Positions 9,965 through 20,155 of a stretch of DNA of 64,000 nt are shown one piece after another. Origin of the DNA: a virus (taxonomy: Duplodnaviria > Heunggongvirae > Uroviricota > Caudoviricetes); IMG/VR virus record IMGVR_UViG_3300044981_000022, positions 1 to 64,000 of that record; one strand, written 5' to 3'. The notes beneath the pieces were generated by a model that was not told the DNA's origin, did not search any database, and saw only the letters and a program-made list of their open reading frames with translations. Position numbers and translations under genes: made by a program. Numbering within the stretch: position 1 is the stretch's first letter; the number at the start of each line of letters is the position of its first letter.

Positions 9965-10953
9965 TACAGCACCGATGTTCCCGGCATTAGATATCGATTA
10001 ACTGATGTTGATTGAATAAAAATATCCCAATCTCCGTGGTCTCCGGGACGTAGACTAATCGTCTGATCAGTTGGAATGCCCAACAACTGTCTTGCTTCCC
10101 GACCACCATAAACCGCTCCGGTGTTCTTGTTTCGAACGACAATGATTTTGTAATCCTGGACAGCTTTCTCTGGTTTAGACAATTGATAGAACCCGGTGCC
10201 TTTGCGGTATGTCCCGACCTTTGATTCGATAAACGACTGAATCATGGTCTTGTTCTGGACAGGGTAGATTGCTACATCATTCGAGATATTCTTCATGGTC
10301 GCAGCGACCTGATTGGATGTCACTCCAGCAAGATTCGCATAAAATGACTTTGTTGATCGAATTCCACGGCTGACTCCGGAGTAGTAATCTTGGACTGCGC
10401 TTACAGTCTGGACCGATGATTCGCGTAGTCCGCGTTCGGTTTGATCCCATTCCTGAATGTTTCCAGACGGAATACCCATGTACTCCAGAGCACGACTGTA
10501 TCCACGGGGAACCCTAAATACAAACGTCCAGCGGTCCGATGCCTGGAGTCTTTTGATTTCTCCAGCAAGCTTAGTCTTCCATTTATGCGAAGCGTTTTCT
10601 TCACCGTCTGTGATCGCCATAATCAGGAAGGTCACTTCCGGGTTGTTGTAATCCGGGACCGATTGAAAAATCTCAATCAGTTCCCCAACCGAATCGAACA
10701 ACGGGGTTGAGCCGTCAACTTGATAGCGGGTAAGCGGTTGTAGTCGATTCACGGAAGAATTTACAACCTCCCGTTGTACCGACGAATGCAATCCACAGCT
10801 TGTGACCGATACTATGGTATCAATGCCACTATCTTTAGATGCAGTCTTGATTGCTTCGATGCTGTCATTGTAGTCCTTGATCGCTGGCTTGGTCAACGAA
10901 GCCATCGAACCTGAGTGATCGCGTGAAATTCCAATGTATTGTTTCTTCTTCAT
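9946..10953 (-). CDS. von Willebrand factor A domain protein
   Basis: 335 aa; MIDAS 'DHSGSM', 'ITDGEEN'. Confidence 0.6.
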   Translation of the reverse strand: MKKKQYIGISRDHSGSMASLTKPAIKDYNDSIEAIKTASKDSGIDTIVSVTSCGLHSSVQREVVNSSVNRLQPLTRYQVDGSTPLFDSVGELIEIFQSVPDYNNPEVTFLIMAITDGEENASHKWKTKLAGEIKRLQASDRWTFVFRVPRGYSRALEYMGIPSGNIQEWDQTERGLRESSVQTVSAVQDYYSGVSRGIRSTKSFYANLAGVTSNQVAATMKNISNDVAIYPVQNKTMIQSFIESKVGTYRKGTGFYQLSKPEKAVQDYKIIVVRNKNTGAVYGGREARQLLGIPTDQTISLRPGDHGDWDIFIQSTSVNRYLMPGTSVLYWENAR

Positions 10954-11097
10954 ATTAATCCTTCTTTACTCCAGTTTGCTTTTCTCTTTCTTGTTTTGCT
11001 TGTTCTTCTGTTTCGAATGGGCCTAGACGTACAATTATGTTATCTTTAACAAATACCGTAAACCAACCGACGACATACTTGAATTCACCTGGGGTTG

Positions 11098-12006
11098 TCA
11101 CATATCCTCTTTATCTCGAAATCCCAAGAAGATTGGCAACCGAGGCTTGTCTTTCGTCCCTATAGGAAAATATTTATATTTAAGAACTTTACTGAGTAGT
11201 GTTTTACGACGGTTCCAAAATTCAACTTTCTGAGCAGCGTTCATACCAGAGCCAACATTGAATTCGACATTCTTAAATTGACCGTTGATTCCGATGACTT
11301 CAAATCCACCAAGAGTTCCTTTGCCGACCATTCCTTCTTTCTTGGAAGACCGTTCAGTGCGGCCCAGTGCATTTGTAGTTGCTTCGTTGGTGTTCTCTTG
11401 TTCTTCGAAGAATCCGGTAATCTTTGCTTCGGCGTCTACGAATCTTTTTAGCTTTAATAGCCAACCCTGTTTTAGGGTGGCACGACCTTGCTTATACAAC
11501 CCGTTTTCTGAACGAATGATAATGCCCTCATAGCCTTGATTGAGAACTTCCTGTTCATAATCTAAGAGTTCTTTTTCGGTATGAATCCACCTTTGCCCGA
11601 CAACCTCAACATCGTTGATTGTGACAACTTGATTGCGAGGTCCTGAACTCATCGTTGCAGCACATAATGAAGTGTTTCTAGATTCGAATGGCCGATCTGA
11701 AAATAAATCAAACGCATAGAATTTTATTCCTTCAGCGGGTTTGTCGTGAGACATCACAATCGAGGTAGTCTCGCTAAAGACATGCTTATCTGCCGGGTCT
11801 CCGTACATCAATTCACCATCCAAACCTTCAGGTAAGTGCGAGAACATTTTTTGAACGTTCTTATTCGGGATTGGTTTCAAAGTACGGCTCAACAATTGGC
11901 CGTTTTGTTTTGTAGCTCTTATTCCATCATACTTGATCGAGGCATACAACGGGTACTTCAACTTTGAAGTGTCTTCTACAGTCGCCGCGAGCATGGGCTT
12001 GAACAT
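11098..12006 (-). CDS. ATP-dependent DNA ligase
   Basis: 302 aa; adenylation motif 'IKYDGIRA' (KxDG), T7-like small ligase length. Confidence 0.85.
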   Translation of the reverse strand: MFKPMLAATVEDTSKLKYPLYASIKYDGIRATKQNGQLLSRTLKPIPNKNVQKMFSHLPEGLDGELMYGDPADKHVFSETTSIVMSHDKPAEGIKFYAFDLFSDRPFESRNTSLCAATMSSGPRNQVVTINDVEVVGQRWIHTEKELLDYEQEVLNQGYEGIIIRSENGLYKQGRATLKQGWLLKLKRFVDAEAKITGFFEEQENTNEATTNALGRTERSSKKEGMVGKGTLGGFEVIGINGQFKNVEFNVGSGMNAAQKVEFWNRRKTLLSKVLKYKYFPIGTKDKPRLPIFLGFRDKEDM

Positions 12007-12009
12007 CGT

Positions 12010-12261
12010 TTATTTTCCTTTAAAGCAATCTGACTTTTCCGAAGTCCTTCGTATCGCTGAGTAGGTGATATCCAGAATTTTCCGGAATGTACTCTTAGGC
12101 CGAGGAGTTTTTCTTCGTTCAGTCATCATGAGTTTCCAATCGTACCACAACTCAAATAGCTTGTCAAGCACGTTTTCTCGGGATGCGAATTTTTCTTGCC
12201 GCCCAACCGGATTTACCATCCGAAAAGCCATCCATACCATTGATAATGCCTTGCGCCGCAT
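12010..12261 (-). CDS. hypothetical protein
   Basis: 83 aa ORF abutting the ligase start. Confidence 0.3.
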   Translation of the reverse strand: MRRKALSMVWMAFRMVNPVGRQEKFASRENVLDKLFELWYDWKLMMTERRKTPRPKSTFRKILDITYSAIRRTSEKSDCFKGK

Positions 12262-12508
12262 CGTAAAGAAACACTTTCCTTACTACGCAATTATACAACC
12301 AACAACCTTCTCCCGATTTAAGTTTGACAGCTTTTTCAGCGTCTTCCTTGTTTACAAATGCTTGGAATCCTGGCTCGATAGAACTGTGTATTTTATCTAT
12401 CTTGTACTGAAAGTCCATCAGCCCCGAGAATCTTTTATTTCTGTGACGAAGAATTTTCCATGCCACAACTGGCCCTTTAACGCGCTTACCTAGATTTATT
12501 ACGCACAT
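12164..12508 (-). CDS. hypothetical protein
   Basis: 114 aa ORF; overlaps the previous ORF, true start uncertain. Confidence 0.3.
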   Translation of the reverse strand: MCVINLGKRVKGPVVAWKILRHRNKRFSGLMDFQYKIDKIHSSIEPGFQAFVNKEDAEKAVKLKSGEGCWLYNCVVRKVFLYDAAQGIINGMDGFSDGKSGWAARKIRIPRKRA

Positions 12509-12571
12509 TGTTTTCTCCTATTGAATCCCTGGAGTCCCGGTAATCACGCAACCGTTGTCCATAGCGTGAGA

Positions 12572-12808
12572 TTAGGACTGGACCCCAGGAAACTCGTAAA
12601 GCTTTCCATCATTGATTACCGGTCGCATCTTTCCGTCCCGGCATATAAACATCCATCGTTTATCTAGACCGTGCAGCACCGCTTTATGATCGCACTGATA
12701 ACAACCGCCGCACCGACTACAAATATATAACAACTCATTTCTGATTCCGGTCAAACGGCAGTTGTGATTAGTTTCCATCTTTCTTGGCGCGGCGAATCGC
12801 ATCGACAA
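12572..12808 (-). CDS. Cys-rich zinc-finger-like small protein
   Basis: 78 aa; 'CSRCGGCYQCDH'. Confidence 0.3.
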   Translation of the reverse strand: MSMRFAAPRKMETNHNCRLTGIRNELLYICSRCGGCYQCDHKAVLHGLDKRWMFICRDGKMRPVINDGKLYEFPGVQS

Positions 12809-13172
12809 AAATCTTCATTACATTCTTATGTCCGCGATATTTACCTTGGCCGTCGTTGACATCAAAAATGTGTACATTTTTTGCTAGTGTTGTCGATTCT
12901 TTTTCTGCTCCAAAACTTTGAAGATGGCGCAAAGCTGCTTCTCTGAGATAACTAACAGCAGATCGTTCGGCAGGGCCGTTAACGTGTTTTACAGCGCCTA
13001 GAGCGCAAAACGCTTCTGCATTTTTAGATTTTGTACTACAAACAATTTTTAAACCATCTTCTTTACGAATGGCTAAATAGTTACGAGTCCATCGTTTAGT
13101 ATCCGAGATCAGTTGTCGGGCTGCCTGAAGTGCTTCTGATGCTTTGCGAAATTTCTTGGTTTCTATTTTCAT
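12768..13172 (-). CDS. hypothetical protein
   Basis: 134 aa; RBS AGGAGGATAT upstream on the minus strand. Confidence 0.4.
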   Translation of the reverse strand: MKIETKKFRKASEALQAARQLISDTKRWTRNYLAIRKEDGLKIVCSTKSKNAEAFCALGAVKHVNGPAERSAVSYLREAALRHLQSFGAEKESTTLAKNVHIFDVNDGQGKYRGHKNVMKIFVDAIRRAKKDGN

Positions 13173-13339
13173 ATATCCTCCTAAAATTTAAAGGACGGCG
13201 CACCCGTCGGTGCTTCTCGTTATCTCGCTCCGGTCGTTTCCTTCTAGACTTCGGCCAGGACTACAACCATCATGGCTAAAGACCGTCCGATTAATAAATT
13301 ACCACAACCAAGAAAGCATGTCAAGCTTTATTTTCAAAA

Positions 13340-13708
13340 TTATGTAACTTGAAGTTGTAAATTTGTTGGAGGCGCTAGTTTTACACCGCAACTAATCGTT
13401 CCGGTTTGGATATTCATTGTACACCCGCTAGGCGTGCGAATCCAGTCCTGATCATAGACCACAGCATTCAAATCAGATGTCGGCGGACGTAGGGTATAAA
13501 TGATTCCTACTAAAGGATCGCAACTCAATCCCATCGGATATATTACATTAGTGAACGATTGATACGAAAACACCGTACCGTCCGCCAAAGAAAGAGTACA
13601 GTTATGGCTTCCGTCCGGGTTCTGTGTTATACACTGTGCGGAAACATTTCGAACCATCGATATTAGCACAATCAAACTAAGGATTCGGAATAACAGCAGA
13701 AACTTCAT
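13340..13708 (-). CDS. secreted hypothetical protein
   Basis: 122 aa; signal peptide. Confidence 0.4.
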   Translation of the reverse strand: MKFLLLFRILSLIVLISMVRNVSAQCITQNPDGSHNCTLSLADGTVFSYQSFTNVIYPMGLSCDPLVGIIYTLRPPTSDLNAVVYDQDWIRTPSGCTMNIQTGTISCGVKLAPPTNLQLQVT

Positions 13709-14024
13709 TTGAGTTCACGCTTTCGTCGCCGCTAAAATCTACTGCGGTTGCGACATAAAAATATGTATTACCTGAAACAGCATTCAAATCTTGATATGCC
13801 AGTCCGACGATCAAAACAGGATTAATCTTTATATATGGCCCTCCGCTGGTCTGAGATACGTACATATTATATCCAACAACAGTCGAGGTACTCGCTGTCC
13901 AAGACAAATTCACAGTATGATCAACTCGAATTGTCAGTGGCTGCGAAATTTTATCTTGGGCTACAATAGCCCCGGCGAGAAATATCGCCAGGGCCATCGC
14001 AGCAAATCGGACAAACATTCTCAC
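13677..14024 (-). CDS. secreted fibronectin-III-like domain protein
   Basis: 115 aa; signal peptide; 'LSWTAS...[14 protein letters not shown]...[10 protein letters not shown]' Fn3-like. Confidence 0.45.
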   Translation of the reverse strand: MRMFVRFAAMALAIFLAGAIVAQDKISQPLTIRVDHTVNLSWTASTSTVVGYNMYVSQTSGGPYIKINPVLIVGLAYQDLNAVSGNTYFYVATAVDFSGDESVNSNEVSAVIPNP

Positions 14025-14701
14025 GAACGATTATCCTTTTTGGTTAACGAAGCTACTTCGATCTTCGTTTTGATTTGTAACTTAACAACATTGGTTGCAG
14101 AATCAGTCGCAGTTACCGTGAACGTGACCGATCCGGCTGATGTTGGGGTTCCGGAGATTACTCCTGTGGCTGAATTCAGAGTTAATCCGGCAGGCAACGA
14201 TCCGGTTGTTACCGCCCAGGTATACGGAGCAACGCCACCTGTTGCTGTCAATGTACCTGTATAACTAACGCCGATATTTGCGGCAGATAAGTTTGTAGTA
14301 GTGATTGCAAAAGTTGGAACTACGGTTACAGTATAGCTTTGAGTTGCTGTCGCCGGTGATGTTTCTGAATCAGCAACCTGAACTGTGAATGTGCTGGAAC
14401 CTGCGGTAGTTGGAGTCCCTGAAAGAACTCCGCTAGATGATCCTAAAGTCAAACCTGCCGGAAGTGTTCCGGTTGGAACAGAAAATACATACGGAGATAT
14501 CCCGCCAGATGCTGTGATTGTCGTAGTATACGACAACCCGACCATTCCATTAGGAATTGTAGCCGGTGAAATTGTAACTGTCGCTGGATTGACCGTCAAA
14601 GTCAACTGTTTAGTTGCTTTGTCTTGCGCCAATCCCGGTAAAGCAATTACTAACAACGCGATTGATAAAAATATTGAACGAACTTTCATGACGTTCTCCA
14701 T
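14021..14701 (-). CDS. secreted protein with tandem Ig-like (He_PIG-type) repeats
   Basis: 226 aa; signal peptide; repeated '[27 protein letters not shown]' units. Confidence 0.5.
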   Translation of the reverse strand: MENVMKVRSIFLSIALLVIALPGLAQDKATKQLTLTVNPATVTISPATIPNGMVGLSYTTTITASGGISPYVFSVPTGTLPAGLTLGSSSGVLSGTPTTAGSSTFTVQVADSETSPATATQSYTVTVVPTFAITTTNLSAANIGVSYTGTLTATGGVAPYTWAVTTGSLPAGLTLNSATGVISGTPTSAGSVTFTVTATDSATNVVKLQIKTKIEVASLTKKDNRS

Positions 14702-15030
14702 TCTATTTTTAGAGTTTGTGCTGCTGACTTAGAACTCATGACCTGAATAACAAAATTGAATGTTCCCGATGATGTTGGAATTCCGGATAACACACCAGAT
14801 GTGCTCAGTGTAATTCCTGGTGGGAGATTTCCCGATACCAGACTCCATGAATATACCGGTTCGGGTCCACCGGACGCTTGGAGTTGTTCAACGTAGATTT
14901 TCCCGACTACAGCAGGAGTGAAACTAGATGTAGTAATTTGAAGCGGTGGGTCCGGAGGAGCAGAGCCTGCATTGGCGCAAGCTGACATCCACAAAACCGC
15001 AATTAAGAGAACCGGGGTTATTCTCTTCAT
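14686..15030 (-). CDS. secreted Ig-like domain protein
   Basis: 114 aa; signal peptide plus one copy of the same Ig-like repeat. Confidence 0.45.
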   Translation of the reverse strand: MKRITPVLLIAVLWMSACANAGSAPPDPPLQITTSSFTPAVVGKIYVEQLQASGGPEPVYSWSLVSGNLPPGITLSTSGVLSGIPTSSGTFNFVIQVMSSKSAAQTLKIEWRTS

Positions 15031-15072
15031 AGTTTCTCCTACAAATTAGGATACCAAGCATAAAAGCGGCTG

Positions 15073-15597
15073 TCAAGTGTTATTTTCATGGGATTTCTCG
15101 CAGTGCATACAAAATGTTCTGTGATCTTCAAATGGAGGATACAACGGCGAATCACACAACAAACATCGTTCTTCGGGATCAGCCGGACGGGTATACATTA
15201 AAATAAATTCAATCTTAGACGGCATAATCGGGAAACACCATATCTGAATATCTTGATCAAAATACATTCCATCTGTAGAAACTTCGCAAGATTTTACCGG
15301 CTTCTTAGCTTGTTTCTGGGCCCGCTTAAATTGCTTCCGTAGGTTATCTTTTTCGAGTTGTTTTTCTGTAAGTGATTTATAGTGTTCTAAGGCGAGGGTT
15401 GTAATTTCGAGACCGGATTTTGGAGGGGATTTGCGAAGTCTATCTAACGCTTTTATACCTGGAGTAGGAGCGAACCACAACCATCCGGGAGGGCCAGAGG
15501 TTCTGAATTCCGCTGTCTTAACTGAATCGAGATCGTTTTGAAAATCAGAAAATTGAGCTATAAAACGATTTTCAGTTTCATCCCAACTAATGATCAT
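15073..15597 (-). CDS. hypothetical protein with C-terminal zinc ribbon
   Basis: 174 aa; 'CLLCDS...CMHCEKSH'. Confidence 0.4.
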   Translation of the reverse strand: MIISWDETENRFIAQFSDFQNDLDSVKTAEFRTSGPPGWLWFAPTPGIKALDRLRKSPPKSGLEITTLALEHYKSLTEKQLEKDNLRKQFKRAQKQAKKPVKSCEVSTDGMYFDQDIQIWCFPIMPSKIEFILMYTRPADPEERCLLCDSPLYPPFEDHRTFCMHCEKSHENNT

Positions 15598-15923
15598 ACA
15601 TCGACTAAACCGGTTTGCGGACGAGTGTGAAACTCACGTTGCTGCTCAATTAATTGCTGATCAATTTGTTCTTTCTGTTGCTGCATTACCTGAAGATACT
15701 GAGCACTAGCCGCCATAAGATTGTTGTATAATGTTTGCAGTCTTTCATAATCGGCCTGAATTCCGATATATTTCTCCCGGTACGCGCTAATAGCTCCGGC
15801 CATAATCTGTAGATGTTCTAGTAACTGCTTTCTCGCAGGCTCTGGGGTTTTATCCAGCCAAGCTTGCAGCAACCCTTCGGAATACGCGTAATCTCGTTCT
15901 GCCTCAGTTAGTGGTTGTAGCAT
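15594..15923 (-). CDS. hypothetical protein
   Basis: 109 aa, helical. Confidence 0.35.
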   Translation of the reverse strand: MLQPLTEAERDYAYSEGLLQAWLDKTPEPARKQLLEHLQIMAGAISAYREKYIGIQADYERLQTLYNNLMAASAQYLQVMQQQKEQIDQQLIEQQREFHTRPQTGLVDV

Positions 15924-16257
15924 AAATTTTAGTAATCGCCTTTGGAGACTCGAATTTATAATCTCTCTTATAGTTCAAATATCCGGCAATAATATCTCCA
16001 TGACATGACAACGGCGCACAATAACAACCAATCTTCGCACCGTCTGGAATTTCTAGCAGCGCCCGTTCACGGAGTTTTCTTCCGTGTTCTGAATAAAAGT
16101 ACTCCGCGAACTTCGAGACTGCATCTTCTCGGGTCTTGACATGAAAACCGACCGGAAGCATTTTACTCAATAAATGAGTGAATGGATTTCCGTATACACT
16201 AGGACGGCAGACTGGTATGTCGCATTGTTCATCGTGAATATTGACTACAACAACCAA
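15904..16257 (-). CDS. hypothetical protein
   Basis: 117 aa. Confidence 0.35.
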   Translation of the reverse strand: MVVVVNIHDEQCDIPVCRPSVYGNPFTHLLSKMLPVGFHVKTREDAVSKFAEYFYSEHGRKLRERALLEIPDGAKIGCYCAPLSCHGDIIAGYLNYKRDYKFESPKAITKIYATTTN

Positions 16258-16559
16258 TCGAGCACCATATCTTCATCCATTTTGATATGCCGAGTCTTCA
16301 AAAAGCAGACATCCTGAAACGTCAAATTCATCTTTTGGTACTGGAGACTAGTTTTCGGTGGTTGATTCTCGAATTTCTTCTGAGCCGAATCCAATCGGTC
16401 TCTAGCTGACTGCATATCTTCTTTAAAGTGCTGCTCTAGATGATATTGTTTGGATTTATCCAATCCGGTTTGCGTCCAAGACAAGATGTATTTCTGGCAC
16501 CCTTGCCGAGGGCACGACCATTCGAAGCTTTGCAAACCGTCTGGGCGATCTTCAAGCAT
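16245..16559 (-). CDS. hypothetical protein
   Basis: 104 aa. Confidence 0.35.
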   Translation of the reverse strand: MLEDRPDGLQSFEWSCPRQGCQKYILSWTQTGLDKSKQYHLEQHFKEDMQSARDRLDSAQKKFENQPPKTSLQYQKMNLTFQDVCFLKTRHIKMDEDMVLDWLL

Positions 16560-17097
16560 AGATTTTTGGTACTAACGGGGAAGGATAAGGAAAGTTAACT
16601 CTAGCTATCCAACCGTCGAGAAATCTTTGTCTTGACGGATTCATACTGACATCTGTTCGATAGAAGTCTTCCCATTCGGAGCGAAACAGCTTAGTGACGG
16701 CTACAGGGTCCTTCTGGTTTAATTCAGCGATTGTTACTAATCCCAGAACACCATCTGGGAGAACTCCCAAAGCTCGTTGGAGAGCCTTGACTGCAACCGG
16801 AATATTCTTGTTGACAGCAAAGCTTAGTAATGGCGCAGCTACTTCATCGTGGAGAATCTTATCTCCATTCAGATGATGCCAATATTCTGTCTGGTACAGA
16901 GTTTTAGCGGCTTGGATAGCGTTTGTGACTGTCATTGTTGTAAAGAAGTCATTCGGCATGATACTGCCGAAGACCTTGGATGTAATTCCTAGACGGGTCT
17001 GGCCTTCGCCGTCTCCGAGATTAACGATTTCACCTGGGATTCTTTTACTATCCTCTTGGTAAAGTAGCCAGGGAATTACAACTTCGAAATTACTCAT
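16552..17097 (-). CDS. GH108-like lysozyme / peptidoglycan-binding (PG_binding_3-like) protein
   Basis: 181 aa; 'GDGEGQTRLGIT' GH108-like N-terminus; 'LGVLPDGVLGLVTIAEL' PG-binding-3-like. Confidence 0.4.
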   Translation of the reverse strand: MSNFEVVIPWLLYQEDSKRIPGEIVNLGDGEGQTRLGITSKVFGSIMPNDFFTTMTVTNAIQAAKTLYQTEYWHHLNGDKILHDEVAAPLLSFAVNKNIPVAVKALQRALGVLPDGVLGLVTIAELNQKDPVAVTKLFRSEWEDFYRTDVSMNPSRQRFLDGWIARVNFPYPSPLVPKIYA

Positions 17098-17477
17098 TTC
17101 TTCCTCTTCTTTCGCTGTTCCTTTTCATAAACCTTCTCTAGTTTCGGCAAAGCGTCTTTCAAGAAGAATGCTACTCTGGTGTTCGCTTCGTCGAATTGAT
17201 TGTGAGTCATGATGAATACATAATTTGATGATTCACTTGAATACGACGGCTTAGGTCTGTATCTCAACCCTCGATCTATTAAAGATGCTTCATAGGCTTC
17301 GTGCAATAACGATGACAATACCTCGCCCCATTCATCGTTTATCCCGATAAAAATTTTTGTTAACCCGGTTCTGTTTTCTGGGAGAAAATCTACTGAACCG
17401 CCCATTGTTTTTGGATTAGCATACAATTCAACAAAGTTTAACCCGAGAGTAAATTTGCCTACGTAGATATAGTTCAC
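17094..17477 (-). CDS. hypothetical protein
   Basis: 127 aa. Confidence 0.35.
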   Translation of the reverse strand: MNYIYVGKFTLGLNFVELYANPKTMGGSVDFLPENRTGLTKIFIGINDEWGEVLSSLLHEAYEASLIDRGLRYRPKPSYSSESSNYVFIMTHNQFDEANTRVAFFLKDALPKLEKVYEKEQRKKRKK

Positions 17478-18400
17478 GAAAGCTTAACCAAAACTGCTGT
17501 AACGTTGTCACCAGTAGGAACGTCCAGGGCATTCTGAACTAGTCTCGTAGCGTCCGCGCCTGCTTCAATCAAAAGATTAATAGAAACTTGAGGATGAGTA
17601 GCGTGAGACGGATCGAATAAACCATCAGACGCTACAAGAACATAATCTCCGGTTTTGAGAGGCAGGCGAAAAATCTCAGGTTCTCGGGATAAAACTTTAT
17701 CTAAATAATAGTCTCCGAGTGCTCTAGACATCTGTAAACCGCTGCCGGAGTACTCAGCAAATAGATATCCTCCCGAAATAAATCCGCCACGCTGTTGTGC
17801 TGTTTTGGCTTCTGCGGGATTAGAACGGACATTATGTTCTGGAGAGCACCAAACTCCGTCATTCTTCACAAGTACCGGAGCGTCTCCGAGAACTCCGACA
17901 ATAACTTCAGAGCCGTCTTCTTTGATGATTGCAATCGAAGCCGCACAACCAGAATGCATACGCTGAGTAGCTTTATTTAGTTCTTGAAAGATGCCGAGAA
18001 TTATGCTTTCGAAGTTTGCGACTAAGAGTTTACTTCTGACTTCATGATACAAAGCGATTAATCGGTTTGCACAGTAGTCTGCTGTCTCAGAACCGCCGTG
18101 TCCGTCAAACACAGCTAGAAGATATCCTTCGTCAGGGGCGTGATAAACAATATGCCGATCTTCTTGATAAGATCGTAAACCCTTCTCTGATGCGTGAGTT
18201 ATTTCGAACTTCATATCTCTCTTGACCTTCAATTCTTCAATATCACCTATAAAGCGACAATGTTCGGCCATTCCGTTATCAATTTCAGCTTGAGGATAGC
18301 CATCACGCAGAAGAGTCTCGGCTAAAGTTTCTCCGTCTAACGGTTTATACGGTTTTGGAAAGCCGTATCTCCAACCTCCGGGCGGATCGTATATCAACAT
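17474..18400 (-). CDS. PP2C-family Ser/Thr protein phosphatase
   Basis: 308 aa; 'AVFDGHGG', 'VLVASDGLFD' PP2C metal-binding motifs. Confidence 0.8.
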   Translation of the reverse strand: MLIYDPPGGWRYGFPKPYKPLDGETLAETLLRDGYPQAEIDNGMAEHCRFIGDIEELKVKRDMKFEITHASEKGLRSYQEDRHIVYHAPDEGYLLAVFDGHGGSETADYCANRLIALYHEVRSKLLVANFESIILGIFQELNKATQRMHSGCAASIAIIKEDGSEVIVGVLGDAPVLVKNDGVWCSPEHNVRSNPAEAKTAQQRGGFISGGYLFAEYSGSGLQMSRALGDYYLDKVLSREPEIFRLPLKTGDYVLVASDGLFDPSHATHPQVSINLLIEAGADATRLVQNALDVPTGDNVTAVLVKLS

Positions 18401-18445
18401 TTGAAATCCTTCACATGGCCGTAGTACATAACACGGCCATGTTAG

Positions 18446-19846
18446 TTACTGTCCGAACTCAGAAGCATAAATGTACTGTAAAATAGCTTCCGAAAATCCA
18501 TCTATGTGAATCCAGTTATTTTTGTATCCGATACCGTTCTTTTCGTTTGAGATGTTGACCATGTAGTTGTTCGTACCGAACGCATTCGCGGTTGCAGGAT
18601 TGCACTTCTGATCACAATCCTGTTCGTCTGTGAATACAATGATACGGTCAGCGTGCTTTTCTTTCTCGAAGACATAATCCAAAACCTGCTTCAAGAAGAT
18701 TCCGCCTCCACCTAGTTCACCGGCGAATCCCTGGCGCTTGAACTTCTCAACCAAAGCCATACCGTGACGCGGTGGAACCAACGCGGTCTTATGACGGCGT
18801 GCGTAATCATCTCCAGCGGTTGCATAGATTGAAACATCTTCGCAGCTTTCACGAGCGATAGCAGCTAACGCGCCTGCGGCTTCGACACGGGTCATATCTG
18901 AACGCTTAGAGATATTTCCGTGTCCGTACATCGAGCCTGAGACATCGACAATCAAGATTGTCTTGCCCGGAAGTTTCGGCAGTTGCTGCGCAGACTTCAC
19001 TAGCAATTGATCTAGTTCATTTTCGAACTTCGGTGCAGCGGTTGCGGCTGCGACGAATCGAAACGGTAGAACTCTAGAGACATCTGCGTTTACTAGAGCT
19101 TCCTTGACTAATGATTGATCGACTCCAGCTTGCTCCATGTTTCGAAGATTACGAAGCAACGCCAACGCACCTAGCTTGTCTTCTCGAAGCAGACGGGTCC
19201 ATTCGGCTTTCTTATCGGTTGCCGCAGATAACGCGACTTCCCAGGTGTCCGGGGTCGCTAACTTGCCGTCAACCAATCGCTTCCATAGCTTCGCTTGCTC
19301 TCCACGCTTTCCACCAATCGGACGAGCGTGTGACAAGAATAGCACGTCACGCAGCTTGATGTCCCGATCTTGATTATACTTCGCTAAAGAGTACTCGTTG
19401 AACTTTGTGAAAGCAGCAGCAATGCCTAGCTGTAGCTGCTTAGACAACTTGTTCAATTTCTTGTTACCCGAACGTCCCTTAGAGTAAATAGCGAGAATTT
19501 CCGCCAATTCATCCGGACGCTGAATAACATAAGCAGCGGTCTGCGCAACCAAGTGACGATGGGTCTTTAACTTTGCCATCTCAACAACCAATAGCAAAGG
19601 TACATGTCGAAGCTTCATGTTCTCACGAGCCTCTAGCGCGATCTGTGCAACCTTCTCAGCCGGGACCTTTGCAACTAGCGAAGCTATTCTAGCTGCGATA
19701 TCTTCGCCGGATTCATAAAACGTATCCTCCCAAAGCATGCACGCCATTACCGAACGCCGAAGCTGTTGCTCCGCGTTAATATTAGATGCTCGTGCACCTT
19801 CGTGTGTGAAGATTTGTGGTACTCGAACTGCTATATTCAGACGCAT
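18446..19846 (-). CDS. rsr: Ro60-like protein (helical TROVE-like N-domain + C-terminal vWA)
   Basis: 466 aa; C-terminal MIDAS 'LIVDVSGSMYG...VFTDEQD'; N-terminal alpha-helical repeat domain with 'ALALLRNLRNM' resembling Ro60 'LLRNLGKM'; gene is immediately preceded by three Y-RNA-like modules. Confidence 0.6.
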   Translation of the reverse strand: MRLNIAVRVPQIFTHEGARASNINAEQQLRRSVMACMLWEDTFYESGEDIAARIASLVAKVPAEKVAQIALEARENMKLRHVPLLLVVEMAKLKTHRHLVAQTAAYVIQRPDELAEILAIYSKGRSGNKKLNKLSKQLQLGIAAAFTKFNEYSLAKYNQDRDIKLRDVLFLSHARPIGGKRGEQAKLWKRLVDGKLATPDTWEVALSAATDKKAEWTRLLREDKLGALALLRNLRNMEQAGVDQSLVKEALVNADVSRVLPFRFVAAATAAPKFENELDQLLVKSAQQLPKLPGKTILIVDVSGSMYGHGNISKRSDMTRVEAAGALAAIARESCEDVSIYATAGDDYARRHKTALVPPRHGMALVEKFKRQGFAGELGGGGIFLKQVLDYVFEKEKHADRIIVFTDEQDCDQKCNPATANAFGTNNYMVNISNEKNGIGYKNNWIHIDGFSEAILQYIYASEFGQ

Positions 19847-19864
19847 TTTGTGTTCCTTATTTAA

Positions 19865-20001
19865 AGTGAGGCAACAAGCGATAAAAGTAACGGATGTGCT
19901 GCCATTACACTACGCTTTCGGCATGACCCTACTCACGATGGGATTCGAACCCACACTATCTGATTCGTAGTCAGAAGTAACTCTTATCTACGGCACTCAC
20001 T
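19865..20001 (-). ncRNA. Y-RNA-like module A (YrlA-like, tRNA-like T-arm and D-arm)
   Basis: minus-strand terminal helix AGTGAG/CTCACT; conserved 5' 'UGCCGUAG..GAGUUACUUCU' and 3' 'CGCUUGUUGCC'; internal 'GUGGGUUCGAAUCCCAU' T-arm and 'UAGUGUAAUGGCAGCAC' D-arm-like. Confidence 0.6.
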
Positions 20002-20014
20002 GATTTACAAAATT

Positions 20015-20143
20015 CCCCAGGGCGACAAGCGACGAAAGGTATTTTCCGTGCTACCATTACACTAGACCGTCTCGTGACGGCTGCGGAATCGAACCGCTCT
20101 GGTTCTTTATGTAAGAAGTAACCCGTTGTCTACGGCACCTGGG
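20015..20143 (-). ncRNA. Y-RNA-like module B
   Basis: terminal helix CCCAGG/CCUGGG, second helix GACAA/UUGUC; internal 'GCGGUUCGAUUCCGC' T-arm and 'UAGUGUAAUGGUAGCAC' D-arm-like; same conserved loops as module A. Confidence 0.6.
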
Positions 20144-20155
20144 ATTAAACTTTTA

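Noticed and set aside
13185-13215. Hairpin GCACC-CGTC-GGTGC followed by a T-rich run on the minus strand, a candidate intrinsic terminator
   Set aside because: It lies immediately upstream of the RBS of the next minus-strand gene with no intervening promoter, and the T-run is interrupted. Too ambiguous to call.
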